DNA of 40,137 bases, from positions 1 through 40,137 of the forward strand of contig JAGOPG010000003.1 in the NCBI GenBank assembly GCA_017992115.1, in the 5' to 3' direction. The notes beneath the pieces are model-generated. The model had not been told where the DNA came from and ran no database searches. It saw nothing but the letters and a program-made list of their open reading frames with translations. This DNA comes from Candidatus Shapirobacteria bacterium (GTDB lineage: Bacteria > Patescibacteriota > Microgenomatia > UBA12405). This document shows, one piece after another, positions 1 through 8,785 of this stretch. Every line of letters begins with the position of its first letter. Positions within the stretch are counted from its first letter, which is position 1. The position numbers and the translations under genes are program-made.

Positions 1-1557
1 GGATTGGGGGCGAGTTGGAACGCTGAGGCAATGTTGATTGGAAGTACAACGCTTGATTCTGGGTGGAAAATGACACCATTCGTGAAAAATTACGATAAAT
101 TAGTGGATACTTTTGAAGATAAGGGCTTGGTGAGAGATCAAGATTTTTTTGTATGGAATTATGATTGGAGGAAACCTCTTTCTGAGATTGTGACTGATTT
201 TAATAATTTTATTTACGGCTTAAATCTTGGTGAAAATGATAAATTATATTTAGTTGGTCATAGTTTAGGGGGAATGGTGGCTAGAATTTGGTCGCAAGAT
301 AATCCTTTAAAGGTGGAAAAGGTAATTAGTTTAGGAAGCCCGCATTATGGATCGGTTAAGGCGTATGAGGCTTGGAATGGGGTAAAGGTCAGTGATTCAG
401 TAGATTTTTCCAGTATTGCTCTTAATATTTTTCTAAGATTAAAAAGTAGTAATGGAGAAAATAGTGTTAAGGTTTTACGTGAATTTGCGCCAATAGTTTT
501 AGATTTAAATCCAACTTTTTCATTTTTAAGAAAAAATGGACAAGATTTAAAATCAACCAGTTTCAGTTATTATTTGGAATTGCAGAATCAAAATATTGCA
601 CCAATTTTAGGGAAATTAAAAACAGTTGATGGGGTGGGAGAAGAAACGAAATCTATTTTAAATTTAGGAGAGAGGTCTTTGTTTGATAAAGTATTACAAA
701 TTTGGGAGCAAGGACGTCCAATATCATCAGTAAATGATGTTGGTGATGGTACTGTCTTAAAAAAGAGTGCTTTGATCGGTGGAACTAGTGGTTCAGAATA
801 TCAATCAAAACATGGAGATTTGGTTGATAAATCGGTCGATTATATAATGAATGAATTTAATTTGGGAGTTTCCCCCACCTCAAGTATGATGAGAGCTTTT
901 AGTTTGGAGAATGAACACAATTTACTTGTATTTTATAGTGATATTAATGGTACTTTACAAGTAAATTGTAGCGGTATAGAGAAGAGTGCAGTAGATGGTT
1001 TTGTGTGGTTTGAAAATGTTGATTCGAATAGCTGTAGAGTAAAAATGTTGGCCAGTGAGACTGGAAAATATCGATTACTAGCCGAAGGAGAAAAGACGAT
1101 TGATTTAAATTTAGATCTGCAAAAAGATCAGGAACGGGAAATATCATTGAGTGGTGGTGACGGTTATTGGTTGGCTTTAGAGGAATATTCCAGTATTTTA
1201 GGTGCGAACAATATGGCCATAGGAGTGGCAAATAGAGATATATCCATGACTATCGATGAATATATACGCTTTCGTCAAGTTAATAAAAATATAAAATATG
1301 GAGAAGAGATTTTGACGGGAATGAGATATATTTTAAGCCAAAAAAGTTATTCTCAAATTGAGACAAATACGGCTATAAATAATGCTGCAAAATCAAAATC
1401 TTTAGTAGAAAGTAATTTACGACTATTTTCGAGAAGTGGGAAAACTCCAAGTATATATGCGGCTTCAACTTATGATTTAGCGGAAAATATGGTTAAATTT
1501 AAAGATTATTCTGGAGCTATTCTTGCTGACAAGTTATACAAAATAGTATGGAAATAA
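1..1557 (+). CDS. alpha/beta-hydrolase, LCAT/PGAP1-like lipase or acyltransferase (5'-partial)
   Basis: The frame is open to the 5' edge; gga precedes the TTG that the track shows as M. The nucleophile elbow GHSLGG is preceded by FFVWNYDWRKP, an arrangement I associate with LCAT/PGAP1-like lipases. I recognise no motifs in the long C-terminal part. Confidence 0.6.
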   Translation, partial: GLGASWNAEAMLIGSTTLDSGWKMTPFVKNYDKLVDTFEDKGLVRDQDFFVWNYDWRKPLSEIVTDFNNFIYGLNLGENDKLYLVGHSLGGMVARIWSQDNPLKVEKVISLGSPHYGSVKAYEAWNGVKVSDSVDFSSIALNIFLRLKSSNGENSVKVLREFAPIVLDLNPTFSFLRKNGQDLKSTSFSYYLELQNQNIAPILGKLKTVDGVGEETKSILNLGERSLFDKVLQIWEQGRPISSVNDVGDGTVLKKSALIGGTSGSEYQSKHGDLVDKSVDYIMNEFNLGVSPTSSMMRAFSLENEHNLLVFYSDINGTLQVNCSGIEKSAVDGFVWFENVDSNSCRVKMLASETGKYRLLAEGEKTIDLNLDLQKDQEREISLSGGDGYWLALEEYSSILGANNMAIGVANRDISMTIDEYIRFRQVNKNIKYGEEILTGMRYILSQKSYSQIETNTAINNAAKSKSLVESNLRLFSRSGKTPSIYAASTYDLAENMVKFKDYSGAILADKLYKIVWK

Positions 1558-1559
1558 AG

Positions 1560-1631
1560 TGGCCGTTAAAGGGATCGAACCTTTGACCTTTCCAATGTGA
1601 ATGGAATGCTCTACCACTGAGCCAAACGGCC
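1560..1631 (-). tRNA. tRNA-Val (anticodon CAC)
   Basis: The reverse complement folds as a 72-nt cloverleaf. Acceptor stem GGCCGTT/AACGGCC; D arm GCTC-AGTGGTA-GAGC; anticodon arm TTCCA-TTCACAT-TGGAA (anticodon CAC); variable loop AGGTC; T arm AAAGG-TTCGATC-CCTTT; discriminator A. CCA is not encoded. Confidence 0.85.
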
Positions 1632-1664
1632 GTAAAGCAATTATACTATGATAAACTTAACAAT

Positions 1665-2243
1665 ATGAAAACAAGACCTGCTTTTTCTTTCGGTGCGTTT
1701 ATTCTTGAATTTGTCCAATCAATCGTTTTAGCCTTATCGGTTTTTGTCTTAGTTTATTTGTTTGTGGCTCAACCAAATCAAGTTAATGGTAGTTCAATGT
1801 ACCCGAATTTTGTGGACAAAGAGTATTTATTGACTGACAAAATAAGTTATCAATTTGGCGAACCAAAACGGGGAGACGTAGTGGTTTTTAAAGCTCCTCC
1901 AACAGAACCTTGTGCAGAAGACGAGTGTGAATATATTAAAAGAATTATTGGAATGCCTGGAGATAGGGTAAAAGTAGAAGACGGCAAGGTCTATTTAAAT
2001 GGATCTTTGTTGGTACAAGATTTTTTACCTTCTGAGGTAGTAACAGACCCTGGTTCATATTGCCAGGAAGGGATTGAAGTTTCAGTACCTGAGGGACAAT
2101 ATTTGGTTTTTGGAGATAATAGATCGCATTCTCGTGATGGAAGAGAGTTTGGTCCAATAAATAGAAACTTAATTTTAGGTAAGGCTTTTTTCCGTTATTG
2201 GCCTGTAGAAAAGTTAGGCTTAATTCCCACTGTCAGGTTGTAA
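1665..2243 (+). CDS. lepB: signal peptidase I
   Basis: N-terminal TM segment; catalytic Ser box GSSMYPNF; GDVVVFK; Lys box YIKRIIGMPGD; GDNRSHSRDGREFG. Confidence 0.9.
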   Translation: MKTRPAFSFGAFILEFVQSIVLALSVFVLVYLFVAQPNQVNGSSMYPNFVDKEYLLTDKISYQFGEPKRGDVVVFKAPPTEPCAEDECEYIKRIIGMPGDRVKVEDGKVYLNGSLLVQDFLPSEVVTDPGSYCQEGIEVSVPEGQYLVFGDNRSHSRDGREFGPINRNLILGKAFFRYWPVEKLGLIPTVRL

Positions 2244-3071
2244 ATCTTTTTTGCAAACCTGTTTGTACAATTGTTGGAGTTGTTCAAAGCGTTGATCAAC
2301 CGGTCCACGAAATTGAAAAGTTACTCTAGTATAGACGTTGGTTTGGGATATTTTAACTTGGGTCGTTTTGTTTTCAAAAATATTGGCCATATCTGAACCA
2401 ATAGAATCTAAACGTGATTTTAGAAATTGAGGTAAATTTTCCTTGGTTATTGGAATTTGTCCCTCTTCAATTTTTTGACGCATACGACGACTTATTTCTT
2501 CGGTGCGTCGAACTGAGGCATTTTCTTTGAGAACTATTTTATAGGCCTCTATCATTAATCGGGTATCTAAAATGCCACTGAGGGCGCGTGCGTGTCCTTC
2601 AGTGATAAGCCCGCTCAGCAGTCCATCTTTTATAGCATCCGGAAGTTGGAGAAGCTTTAAAACATTAATTACATAGGGAACGCTCTTGCTTACCTTTTTG
2701 GCAATCTGGTGGTTGTCGAGAGCAAATTCTTCTTTTAGTCGAAGGAAAGCCTTAGCTCTTTCGATGGGGTTGAGATCTTTTCGCTGAACATTTTCAACAA
2801 TGGCCATTTCCAGCATTTGTTGTGGAGAGGTCTTTTTAACAATTGCCGGAACATAGGTTAATTTTAAAATACGGGCAGCTCGCCAACGACGTTCACCGGC
2901 AATAATTTGAAAACCGGCTGGAGTTTCAGCAACAATCAGTGGTTCAAGAATACCGTGTTCACGGATAGATTCAACCAGTTCGGAAACTGAGTCGGCACTG
3001 ATAATTCCACGAGGTTGGAGCGGGTTGGGTTCGAGCTGGTTGGTAGGAATTTGACTAACCTGTTTCATCAT
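2220..3071 (-). CDS. parB: ParB/Spo0J-family partition protein
   Basis: ParB box GERRWRAARILKL, LNPIERA, and an HTH-like NHQIAKKVSKSVPYVINVLKLL. No parA is adjacent. Its 3' end overlaps the lepB 3' end convergently by 24 nt. Confidence 0.85.
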   Translation of the reverse strand: MMKQVSQIPTNQLEPNPLQPRGIISADSVSELVESIREHGILEPLIVAETPAGFQIIAGERRWRAARILKLTYVPAIVKKTSPQQMLEMAIVENVQRKDLNPIERAKAFLRLKEEFALDNHQIAKKVSKSVPYVINVLKLLQLPDAIKDGLLSGLITEGHARALSGILDTRLMIEAYKIVLKENASVRRTEEISRRMRQKIEEGQIPITKENLPQFLKSRLDSIGSDMANIFENKTTQVKISQTNVYTRVTFQFRGPVDQRFEQLQQLYKQVCKKDLQPDSGN

Positions 3072-3182
3072 ATATATAGGATACTATGAAAATCCCCGTG
3101 AAAAAATAAGATAAACTATATCAAATAGAAAAAGAGTTTTTTAGTTTTCTGTGTCAGGTCACATTAATATTTTTTTATACCG

Positions 3183-3212
3183 AAAGTATTTGTTTATTTA
3201 GAAATATGTCAA
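3183..3212 (-). promoter_or_regulatory. candidate sigma70-type promoter upstream of parB
   Basis: On the minus strand there is a perfect -35 TTGACA (3207-3212), an 18-nt spacer and TACTTT (3183-3188). It lies in the only sizeable minus-strand intergenic gap (3072-3220). Such hexamers can arise by chance in AT-rich DNA. Confidence 0.2.
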
Positions 3213-3220
3213 ACGGAATA

Positions 3221-3472
3221 TTAGGCTTTGACGACTGATACAAATTTTTTGCCTAATTTTTGGAAAAATTTTACGATTCCGGGTCGGGTAGCATATATGG
3301 TAAAGTCTTTGCCGGTTTTAGTACCCTCTCCAGAGTGGATTTTTGAGCCAACTTGTCGAACGATGATTTGACCGACTGTTATTTTTTGACTACCGAATTT
3401 TTTAATACCCCGGCGCTGTCCGGGACGATTTGATTTTTGGTTTGTTTTACCTTGTGATTTGGTATGTGCCAT
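3221..3472 (-). CDS. rpmA: 50S ribosomal protein L27
   Basis: MAHTKSQGKT...RRGIKKFGSQ...GQIIVRQVGSKIHSGEG..GKDFTIYA..GIVKF matches the L27 pattern. There is no Prp-type N-terminal extension. Confidence 0.95.
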   Translation of the reverse strand: MAHTKSQGKTNQKSNRPGQRRGIKKFGSQKITVGQIIVRQVGSKIHSGEGTKTGKDFTIYATRPGIVKFFQKLGKKFVSVVKA

Positions 3473-3496
3473 ATATTAGATTAATAGATGATTAGA

Positions 3497-3802
3497 TTAA
3501 AAGTTAATTTTTGTAATTTTAATGTCAGTGAGTTGGGGGCGGAAACCATGGGTTTTACGGTATCGAGATTTGGCTTTAAAGGTGGAAATTCGGAGTTTTT
3601 TACCTTGATAATCTTTAACCCTTTCAAAATCGATTGAAGCGTCTTTAACAGTCGGAGTACCAACTTTTACTTTATCGTCATCAACGGTTAAAAGGACCTC
3701 GCTGGTAGATTTAATTGAAGGATCAAGTTTGTCAACTGTAATCACTTGATTTTCTTCGACTTTATATTGAGTGCCACTGAGGGCAATAACGGCATATTTC
3801 AT
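3497..3802 (-). CDS. rplU: 50S ribosomal protein L21
   Basis: MKYAVIALSGTQYKVEENQVITVDKL and a C-terminal KSRYRKTHGFRPQ, in the classic rplU-rpmA pairing. Confidence 0.95.
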   Translation of the reverse strand: MKYAVIALSGTQYKVEENQVITVDKLDPSIKSTSEVLLTVDDDKVKVGTPTVKDASIDFERVKDYQGKKLRISTFKAKSRYRKTHGFRPQLTDIKITKINF

Positions 3803-3830
3803 ACTTTTCGATTATATCACAGGCGAGATT

Positions 3831-4847
3831 TTAAGCTGAGTAGATAATTCCAAAGGAAAAAAGTAGGGACATAATAGAAGAACCACCGACAGACATAAAA
3901 GGTAGAGGTATTCCAGTGATGGGTAAAATTCCGATGTTCATTCCAATGTTGATGAAACATTGAAACCATAGTTGAAAAGCGATTCCTAGGGTAAAAAGAA
4001 ATAGAGGTAGATTGGTGGTGGTACTAAAAGCTTTTCTAAAAAGGGTATCAATAATAATGTAATAACAGGTTAAAATAATGAGAATAGCAAAAAGTCCCAA
4101 TTCTTCTGCTGTGGCGGAAAAAATAAAATCACTGTGTTTTTCGGGTAAATATAAGAGTTGACCTTGTGTACCTTTACGATAACCTTTACCAAAAAAACTA
4201 CCTGAACCAATAGCAATTTGGGCCTGAATGAGATTGTAACCTTCGTCTAGGGTGTAATTTTGGCTTTGATTGCCGGATTGGTGGCTGATAAAACTTGTAA
4301 TTCGTTCTTTTTGATAGGGTTTAAGAATAATGCCATATATAAAAGGAGCTAACAGAGTTAAGGCGATAGCGGCAAGAAGAGAAAAACGAAATAATTTTTT
4401 GTTATATAAAATGATGGGAATAATTAGGATAAAAATACTCATAGCACTACCTAAATCTGGTTGTGCCATGACAATTGCTACAGGTATTAGATGTAGTAAT
4501 GGAATTGTAGTTGTGGATAAAAAAAGCATTAGTGGGCCTTTGACAATTTCGCTAGGTTGAACCGAAAGAGGACCCAAATATAACCAACGACGAGAACCTC
4601 GGGTAAAGGAACCGACAATGATTGGAGCTAAAACTAAAAGACAAGAAAGAATAAAGAAAAAAGTTCCGGTAGAACGGTTTTGTTTGGGGTTAATTTGTGT
4701 ACCAATAAAGAATAAAGCCCCTCCTATTATCCATGATAATAGTTGTTTCCAAAAAAGAGAGGGAGCTAAAGAAGAAATCATTAAAAGGTTGAATGCAAAC
4801 AGTACTGCGAGGGAAAGAAGCAGGCGTAGGGGTATTAGACGTCTCAT
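3831..4847 (-). CDS. SEDS-family peptidoglycan polymerase (RodA/FtsW-like), second copy
   Basis: Polytopic membrane protein with SEDS motifs PSEIVKGPL, QPDLGSAMSIF, LPEKHSDFIFSATAEELG and PITGIPLPFMSVGGSS. Its start shares ATGA (4844-4847) with the ileS stop. Confidence 0.8.
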   Translation of the reverse strand: MRRLIPLRLLLSLAVLFAFNLLMISSLAPSLFWKQLLSWIIGGALFFIGTQINPKQNRSTGTFFFILSCLLVLAPIIVGSFTRGSRRWLYLGPLSVQPSEIVKGPLMLFLSTTTIPLLHLIPVAIVMAQPDLGSAMSIFILIIPIILYNKKLFRFSLLAAIALTLLAPFIYGIILKPYQKERITSFISHQSGNQSQNYTLDEGYNLIQAQIAIGSGSFFGKGYRKGTQGQLLYLPEKHSDFIFSATAEELGLFAILIILTCYYIIIDTLFRKAFSTTTNLPLFLFTLGIAFQLWFQCFINIGMNIGILPITGIPLPFMSVGGSSIMSLLFSFGIIYSA

Positions 4848-7615
4848 CGGGCTTTGTTAATGGAAAGAGAATTTCCCTTTTGGATAGAATCAGCCAATGT
4901 TTTTTCTAATATTTGTTTTTCAAAAGTGATTGGCCAATCAGGAGCGATGATGTTGATTCGATCGGTTAACTTAAGTTGTTGTTCCTTTCTTAACACTTGA
5001 ATATTTCTGATTAAATCACGGTACTCTCCTTCATCAATTAACTCAGGGGTTAATTTGGTGTCCAAAATAACGCTGGGATTTTCTTTAACGAAATTTATTT
5101 CAACATCTTTTACGTTTACTTCGGCGGCTATAATTGATAGTAAATTTTCATTTAAAGGTGAATTAAGATTGAGGGTTAACTTGGCTAAAGGTTGGCGAAT
5201 TTTGATGTTTGCAATTTGTCGTTGAGCATGACCCATTTGAGATAGAGAGCGAACTATTTCCATCTCATTTTCTAGCTGCTTATCGATAAGTTTTTCGTCA
5301 TATTCTGGCCAGTTTTGTATATGAATAGAAATGCCGGACTTTGTTAAATTCTGATAGAGATAATCGCTTAGAAATGGCATAAAAGGAGAAATCAGTAAAA
5401 ATAATTGTTCAAAAACGTAATATAGAACAGAATAATTGTCGTTTCTATCACGGGAGCGGCGGATATACCACGTAGAGAGGTCGTTGACAAAGTCTTGAAT
5501 AGCCTGAGTTGAAGGAGAAGTGGCGTATTTTTCTAACGATAAAGTTACTTTTTTAGTAGTAGTGTGGAGACGAGAAATAAGCCATTTGTCCATAGGATTG
5601 GACAAAGTATCGAGATTAATTTCTTCAACTTGCCAATTATTTAAATTAGCATGTTGAGTAAAGAAGCGATACGAATTCCATAAAATAAAGAGAAATTCAC
5701 GTTTTACCTGATCGGCAATATTGTAACCAAAATTAACATTGGCATAAGTTTTTTGTTGATAGTAAAGCCAACGCATGGGGTCGGCACCAATTTTTTCGAC
5801 CGCATCATCATAAGGAATTCCGTTTTTTTTGGTTTTGTGAATTGCTTCACCCTTTTCGTCTCGAACTGCCCCGTGAGTAACAACATTTTTGTATGGGGGA
5901 ACCTTTTCTAAAGTAACACTAAAAAACAGAAGAGAATAAAACCATAAGCGGATTTGTTCATTCATTTCCAATACAAATTCAGCGGGGAACCATTTTTCCC
6001 AGTATTCTTTATCAGTCAAATACTTAAGGGTGGAAAATGGAACCACACCAGCATCAAGCCAAACATCTCCAACATCGGGAATTCGTTTGACGTTTTGGCC
6101 ACATTTAGGGCATTTTATCTCTATTTCGTCAATCCAGGGACGATGAAGAGAAGGTAATCCTTCGACAAGCTCAGGATTAACAGCCATTTCTTTTAGCTCC
6201 TCTTTTGAACCAATGACAACAAGTTCGCCACAGCTACATTCATAAAAAGGTAGGGCTAAACCATAAAATCGTTTGCGGTTTATCATCCAATCTTCCATAG
6301 AATCTAACCAATTTAACATGCGTCGGAGGGCAAAACGAGGATGCCAAGAAACTTTTTTAGCGGCTTCGATTAAATATGGTCTGATCTCATCTGTTTTGAT
6401 GAACCAAGAATCTTCTAAACGAAAAAGACATTTAGTTTTACAACGCCAGCAATGAGGATAACGATGTGTGACGGGTTCAGTTTTGAATAATAAATTTTTT
6501 CTTTTTAGGTAGTTGATAACGATATCGTTGACTGAATGAGCATATTTACCTGAAAGTTCGCCGTAATTGTTTAAAAAATGACCGGTAGGGTCAAGAGGGG
6601 CAATCATATCTACTCCCAGCTTTTTACCCAATTCAAAGTCGGCTTGACCACATCCGGGGGCAATATGAACTACCCCTGTCCCCTCTTCAGGATTTACTTC
6701 GTCCCATGTGGTAATAAAATGGCGAACATTTTTTTGAGGGGGAATATTATAGAGGGATTCGTATTCTAAATTAACTAAATCACTGGCATCAATAACTTCA
6801 TATTCGGTTAAACCCAAGCGATCGGCAGCGATTTTAGCTAAATACAAAACATCATCTCCTTGATAATACTTAACATATTCGAATTTAGGGTTAATTGCCA
6901 ACAGAACATTAGAGGTCAAAGTCCAAGGAGTAGTGGTCCAAACAAGAAGATATTCATTATTTTTATTTTTTAATTTGAATTTTAGATAAACAGAGGTATC
7001 AGTATCCATTTGGTAACCGTCGGCTTCTTCGTGTTGCGAAAGACCAGTCTCACATCGGGGGCACCAGGTGGTAGCACTTTTTTTCTTAATAAGCCAACCT
7101 TTTTGATGAATTTTTTTGAGGAAGTACCAGATATAAAGATTGTTAGTTTCGGAATTAGTGTAATAAGAATTTTTCCAATCCATAAACATACCTAAACGGA
7201 TTGATTGTTCAGTTTGAATCTTTGAATATTTATCGACTCTGGCAATACAAGCTTTTACAAATTTTTCCACTCCAAAATCTTGAATGTCTTTTTTTGAATT
7301 AAAACCGGCTTCTTTTTCGACTTCAACCTCAACCCATAGACCCTGACAATCAAAACCATTTTGAAAACGTTGGGCAAAACCTTGGGCATTTTTAAACCGC
7401 TGAAAAAGATCTTTAAGTGCTCGACCACGAGCGTGGTGAACTCCCATGGGGTTGTTGGCGGTGATAGGACCATCAATAAAGGAAAAATTTTTGTCAGATT
7501 TGTCGTTTTTGTGTAGATATTTATCTAGTACATCATTGTCTTTCCACCACTTCAACATGTCATTTTCTAGAGCAGGAAAATCAGGTTGATTTGAAATATC
7601 TTTAAAAAAGGCCAT
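4844..7615 (-). CDS. ileS: isoleucyl-tRNA synthetase, type-2 (eukaryote-like) form
   Basis: Class Ia aaRS. DGPITANNPMGVHHARGRALKD resembles the type-2 IleRS GPPTANG.PG.HH.. region. Also GFDCQGLWVEVEVEKE, WCPRCETGLSQHE, TTTPWTL, EDWMINRKRFYGLALP and GADPMRW. IHKTK occupies the KMSKS position. Confidence 0.75.
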   Translation of the reverse strand: MAFFKDISNQPDFPALENDMLKWWKDNDVLDKYLHKNDKSDKNFSFIDGPITANNPMGVHHARGRALKDLFQRFKNAQGFAQRFQNGFDCQGLWVEVEVEKEAGFNSKKDIQDFGVEKFVKACIARVDKYSKIQTEQSIRLGMFMDWKNSYYTNSETNNLYIWYFLKKIHQKGWLIKKKSATTWCPRCETGLSQHEEADGYQMDTDTSVYLKFKLKNKNNEYLLVWTTTPWTLTSNVLLAINPKFEYVKYYQGDDVLYLAKIAADRLGLTEYEVIDASDLVNLEYESLYNIPPQKNVRHFITTWDEVNPEEGTGVVHIAPGCGQADFELGKKLGVDMIAPLDPTGHFLNNYGELSGKYAHSVNDIVINYLKRKNLLFKTEPVTHRYPHCWRCKTKCLFRLEDSWFIKTDEIRPYLIEAAKKVSWHPRFALRRMLNWLDSMEDWMINRKRFYGLALPFYECSCGELVVIGSKEELKEMAVNPELVEGLPSLHRPWIDEIEIKCPKCGQNVKRIPDVGDVWLDAGVVPFSTLKYLTDKEYWEKWFPAEFVLEMNEQIRLWFYSLLFFSVTLEKVPPYKNVVTHGAVRDEKGEAIHKTKKNGIPYDDAVEKIGADPMRWLYYQQKTYANVNFGYNIADQVKREFLFILWNSYRFFTQHANLNNWQVEEINLDTLSNPMDKWLISRLHTTTKKVTLSLEKYATSPSTQAIQDFVNDLSTWYIRRSRDRNDNYSVLYYVFEQLFLLISPFMPFLSDYLYQNLTKSGISIHIQNWPEYDEKLIDKQLENEMEIVRSLSQMGHAQRQIANIKIRQPLAKLTLNLNSPLNENLLSIIAAEVNVKDVEINFVKENPSVILDTKLTPELIDEGEYRDLIRNIQVLRKEQQLKLTDRINIIAPDWPITFEKQILEKTLADSIQKGNSLSINKAR

Positions 7616-7642
7616 AGTTGATTATACAAAATAATATCGAAA

Positions 7643-8785
7643 CTAGTTATTTTTACGTAAGAAGGCGGGAATATCAAATTCGTCTTCAATTTCGATTCCT
7701 TCAGGGAGATCTTCGTCTGGAACTAAATTTTTGAGAGCTGGGTCAATATGAGTTTTTGTTTCAGTGTCTAAACTTTCCTGTTGAGTGGGAATGGATTTTT
7801 TAAATGAAGAATAAAATTGGCTTTTATTTGGATCAAAACCTGTGGCTATTACGGTAATTTTTACTTTATCTTCAAGTTCGGGGTCAATTGAAGCTCCAAA
7901 AATAACATTTGCATCAGGAGCTACACGGCTAGTAATATTTTTTGCAGATTCTTCAATTTCGGCCATAGTTAGGTCTTTTCCTCCTGTGATATTAATTAAT
8001 ACCCCTCTGGCACCGTCAATGTTTACTTCAATTAGTGGAGAATCAGTGGCGGCATCGACAGCATCACGTGCTCTGTTGGCACCTTCACCTTCACCTACTC
8101 CCATAAGAGCAGAGCCTGCATTGCTCATAACTGATTTAATATCGGCAAAATCAAGATTAATGAGTCCGGGAACTGTAATTAAATCGGCAATTGCTTTGGT
8201 ACCCTTGGTTAAAACAGAATCGGCTATTTTAAAGGCTTCGATAAGCGTTGCTTGAGAATTAACTACCTCTATCACTTTTTGATTTGGAATAACAATTAGA
8301 GTATCGACATTTGGTCGTAAACGGGAGATACCTTCATCTGCTTTGCTCATACGACGACTGCCTTCAAAAAGAAAAGGTTTGGTTACCACTGCAATTGTCA
8401 AAATACCTAACTCTTTTTTAGCGATTTCGGCAATTATTGGAGCAGCTCCGGTACAAGTTCCACCACCCATACCTCCAGTAATAAAAAGCATATCGGTACC
8501 CTCTAAAGCTTCTTTAATTCTTTCTCGAGATTCTTCAGCTGCTTGTTGACCGATATTGGGATCACCTCCAGCTCCCAGACCTTTGGTAATTTTTTCTCCT
8601 ATTTGAATTTTGATTGGGGCTAAGGAATTTAAAAGTGCTTGAGAATCGGTATTGATAGTAATAAAGTCTACCCCCTTGATTTCTTCTTCCGAGATCATGG
8701 AATTAACAGCATTATTACCACCGCCGCCAATGCCAATGACTTTTATTTTTGCGAACTGTCCGGTTAGAGTTTTAATCAGGGCCAT
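7643..8785 (-). CDS. ftsZ: cell division GTPase FtsZ
   Basis: GGGGNNAVN, the tubulin signature GGMGGGTCTGAAP, and the C-terminal FtsA-binding peptide DIPAFLRK. Confidence 0.97.
   Translation of the reverse strand: MALIKTLTGQFAKIKVIGIGGGGNNAVNSMISEEEIKGVDFITINTDSQALLNSLAPIKIQIGEKITKGLGAGGDPNIGQQAAEESRERIKEALEGTDMLFITGGMGGGTCTGAAPIIAEIAKKELGILTIAVVTKPFLFEGSRRMSKADEGISRLRPNVDTLIVIPNQKVIEVVNSQATLIEAFKIADSVLTKGTKAIADLITVPGLINLDFADIKSVMSNAGSALMGVGEGEGANRARDAVDAATDSPLIEVNIDGARGVLINITGGKDLTMAEIEESAKNITSRVAPDANVIFGASIDPELEDKVKITVIATGFDPNKSQFYSSFKKSIPTQQESLDTETKTHIDPALKNLVPDEDLPEGIEIEDEFDIPAFLRKNN

Noticed and set aside
1642-1647. TATACT hexamer 17 nt upstream of the lepB ATG as a -10 element (near-leaderless transcript)
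   Set aside because: The corresponding -35 region falls inside the tRNA gene and is poor. A single AT-rich hexamer is not sufficient evidence in this genome.
3090-3110. parS-like half-site (CCCGTGAAAAA) upstream of parB
   Set aside because: Only one arm partially resembles TGTTNCACGTGAAACA, and there is no palindromic partner.
3473-3496. Possible Prp (ysxB) protease gene between rplU and rpmA
   Set aside because: The gap is only 24 nt. L27 starts directly at MAHTKS with no cleavable N-terminal extension, so no Prp is expected.
3481-3663. 60-aa minus-strand ORF overlapping rplU in another frame
   Set aside because: It is fully nested in the well-supported L21 gene and has no recognisable features.
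4330-4860. Plus-strand ORFs (76 and 80 aa) antisense to the RodA-like gene
   Set aside because: These are Lys/Arg-rich shadow frames of a hydrophobic membrane protein gene, with no start context or motif support.
7842-8255. 137-aa plus-strand ORF (and 8343-8549) inside ftsZ
   Set aside because: It is antisense to a strongly supported gene. Its Ala/Ser/Pro-rich low-complexity translation is what the reverse complement of Gly/Ala-rich FtsZ codons produces. It is a shadow ORF.
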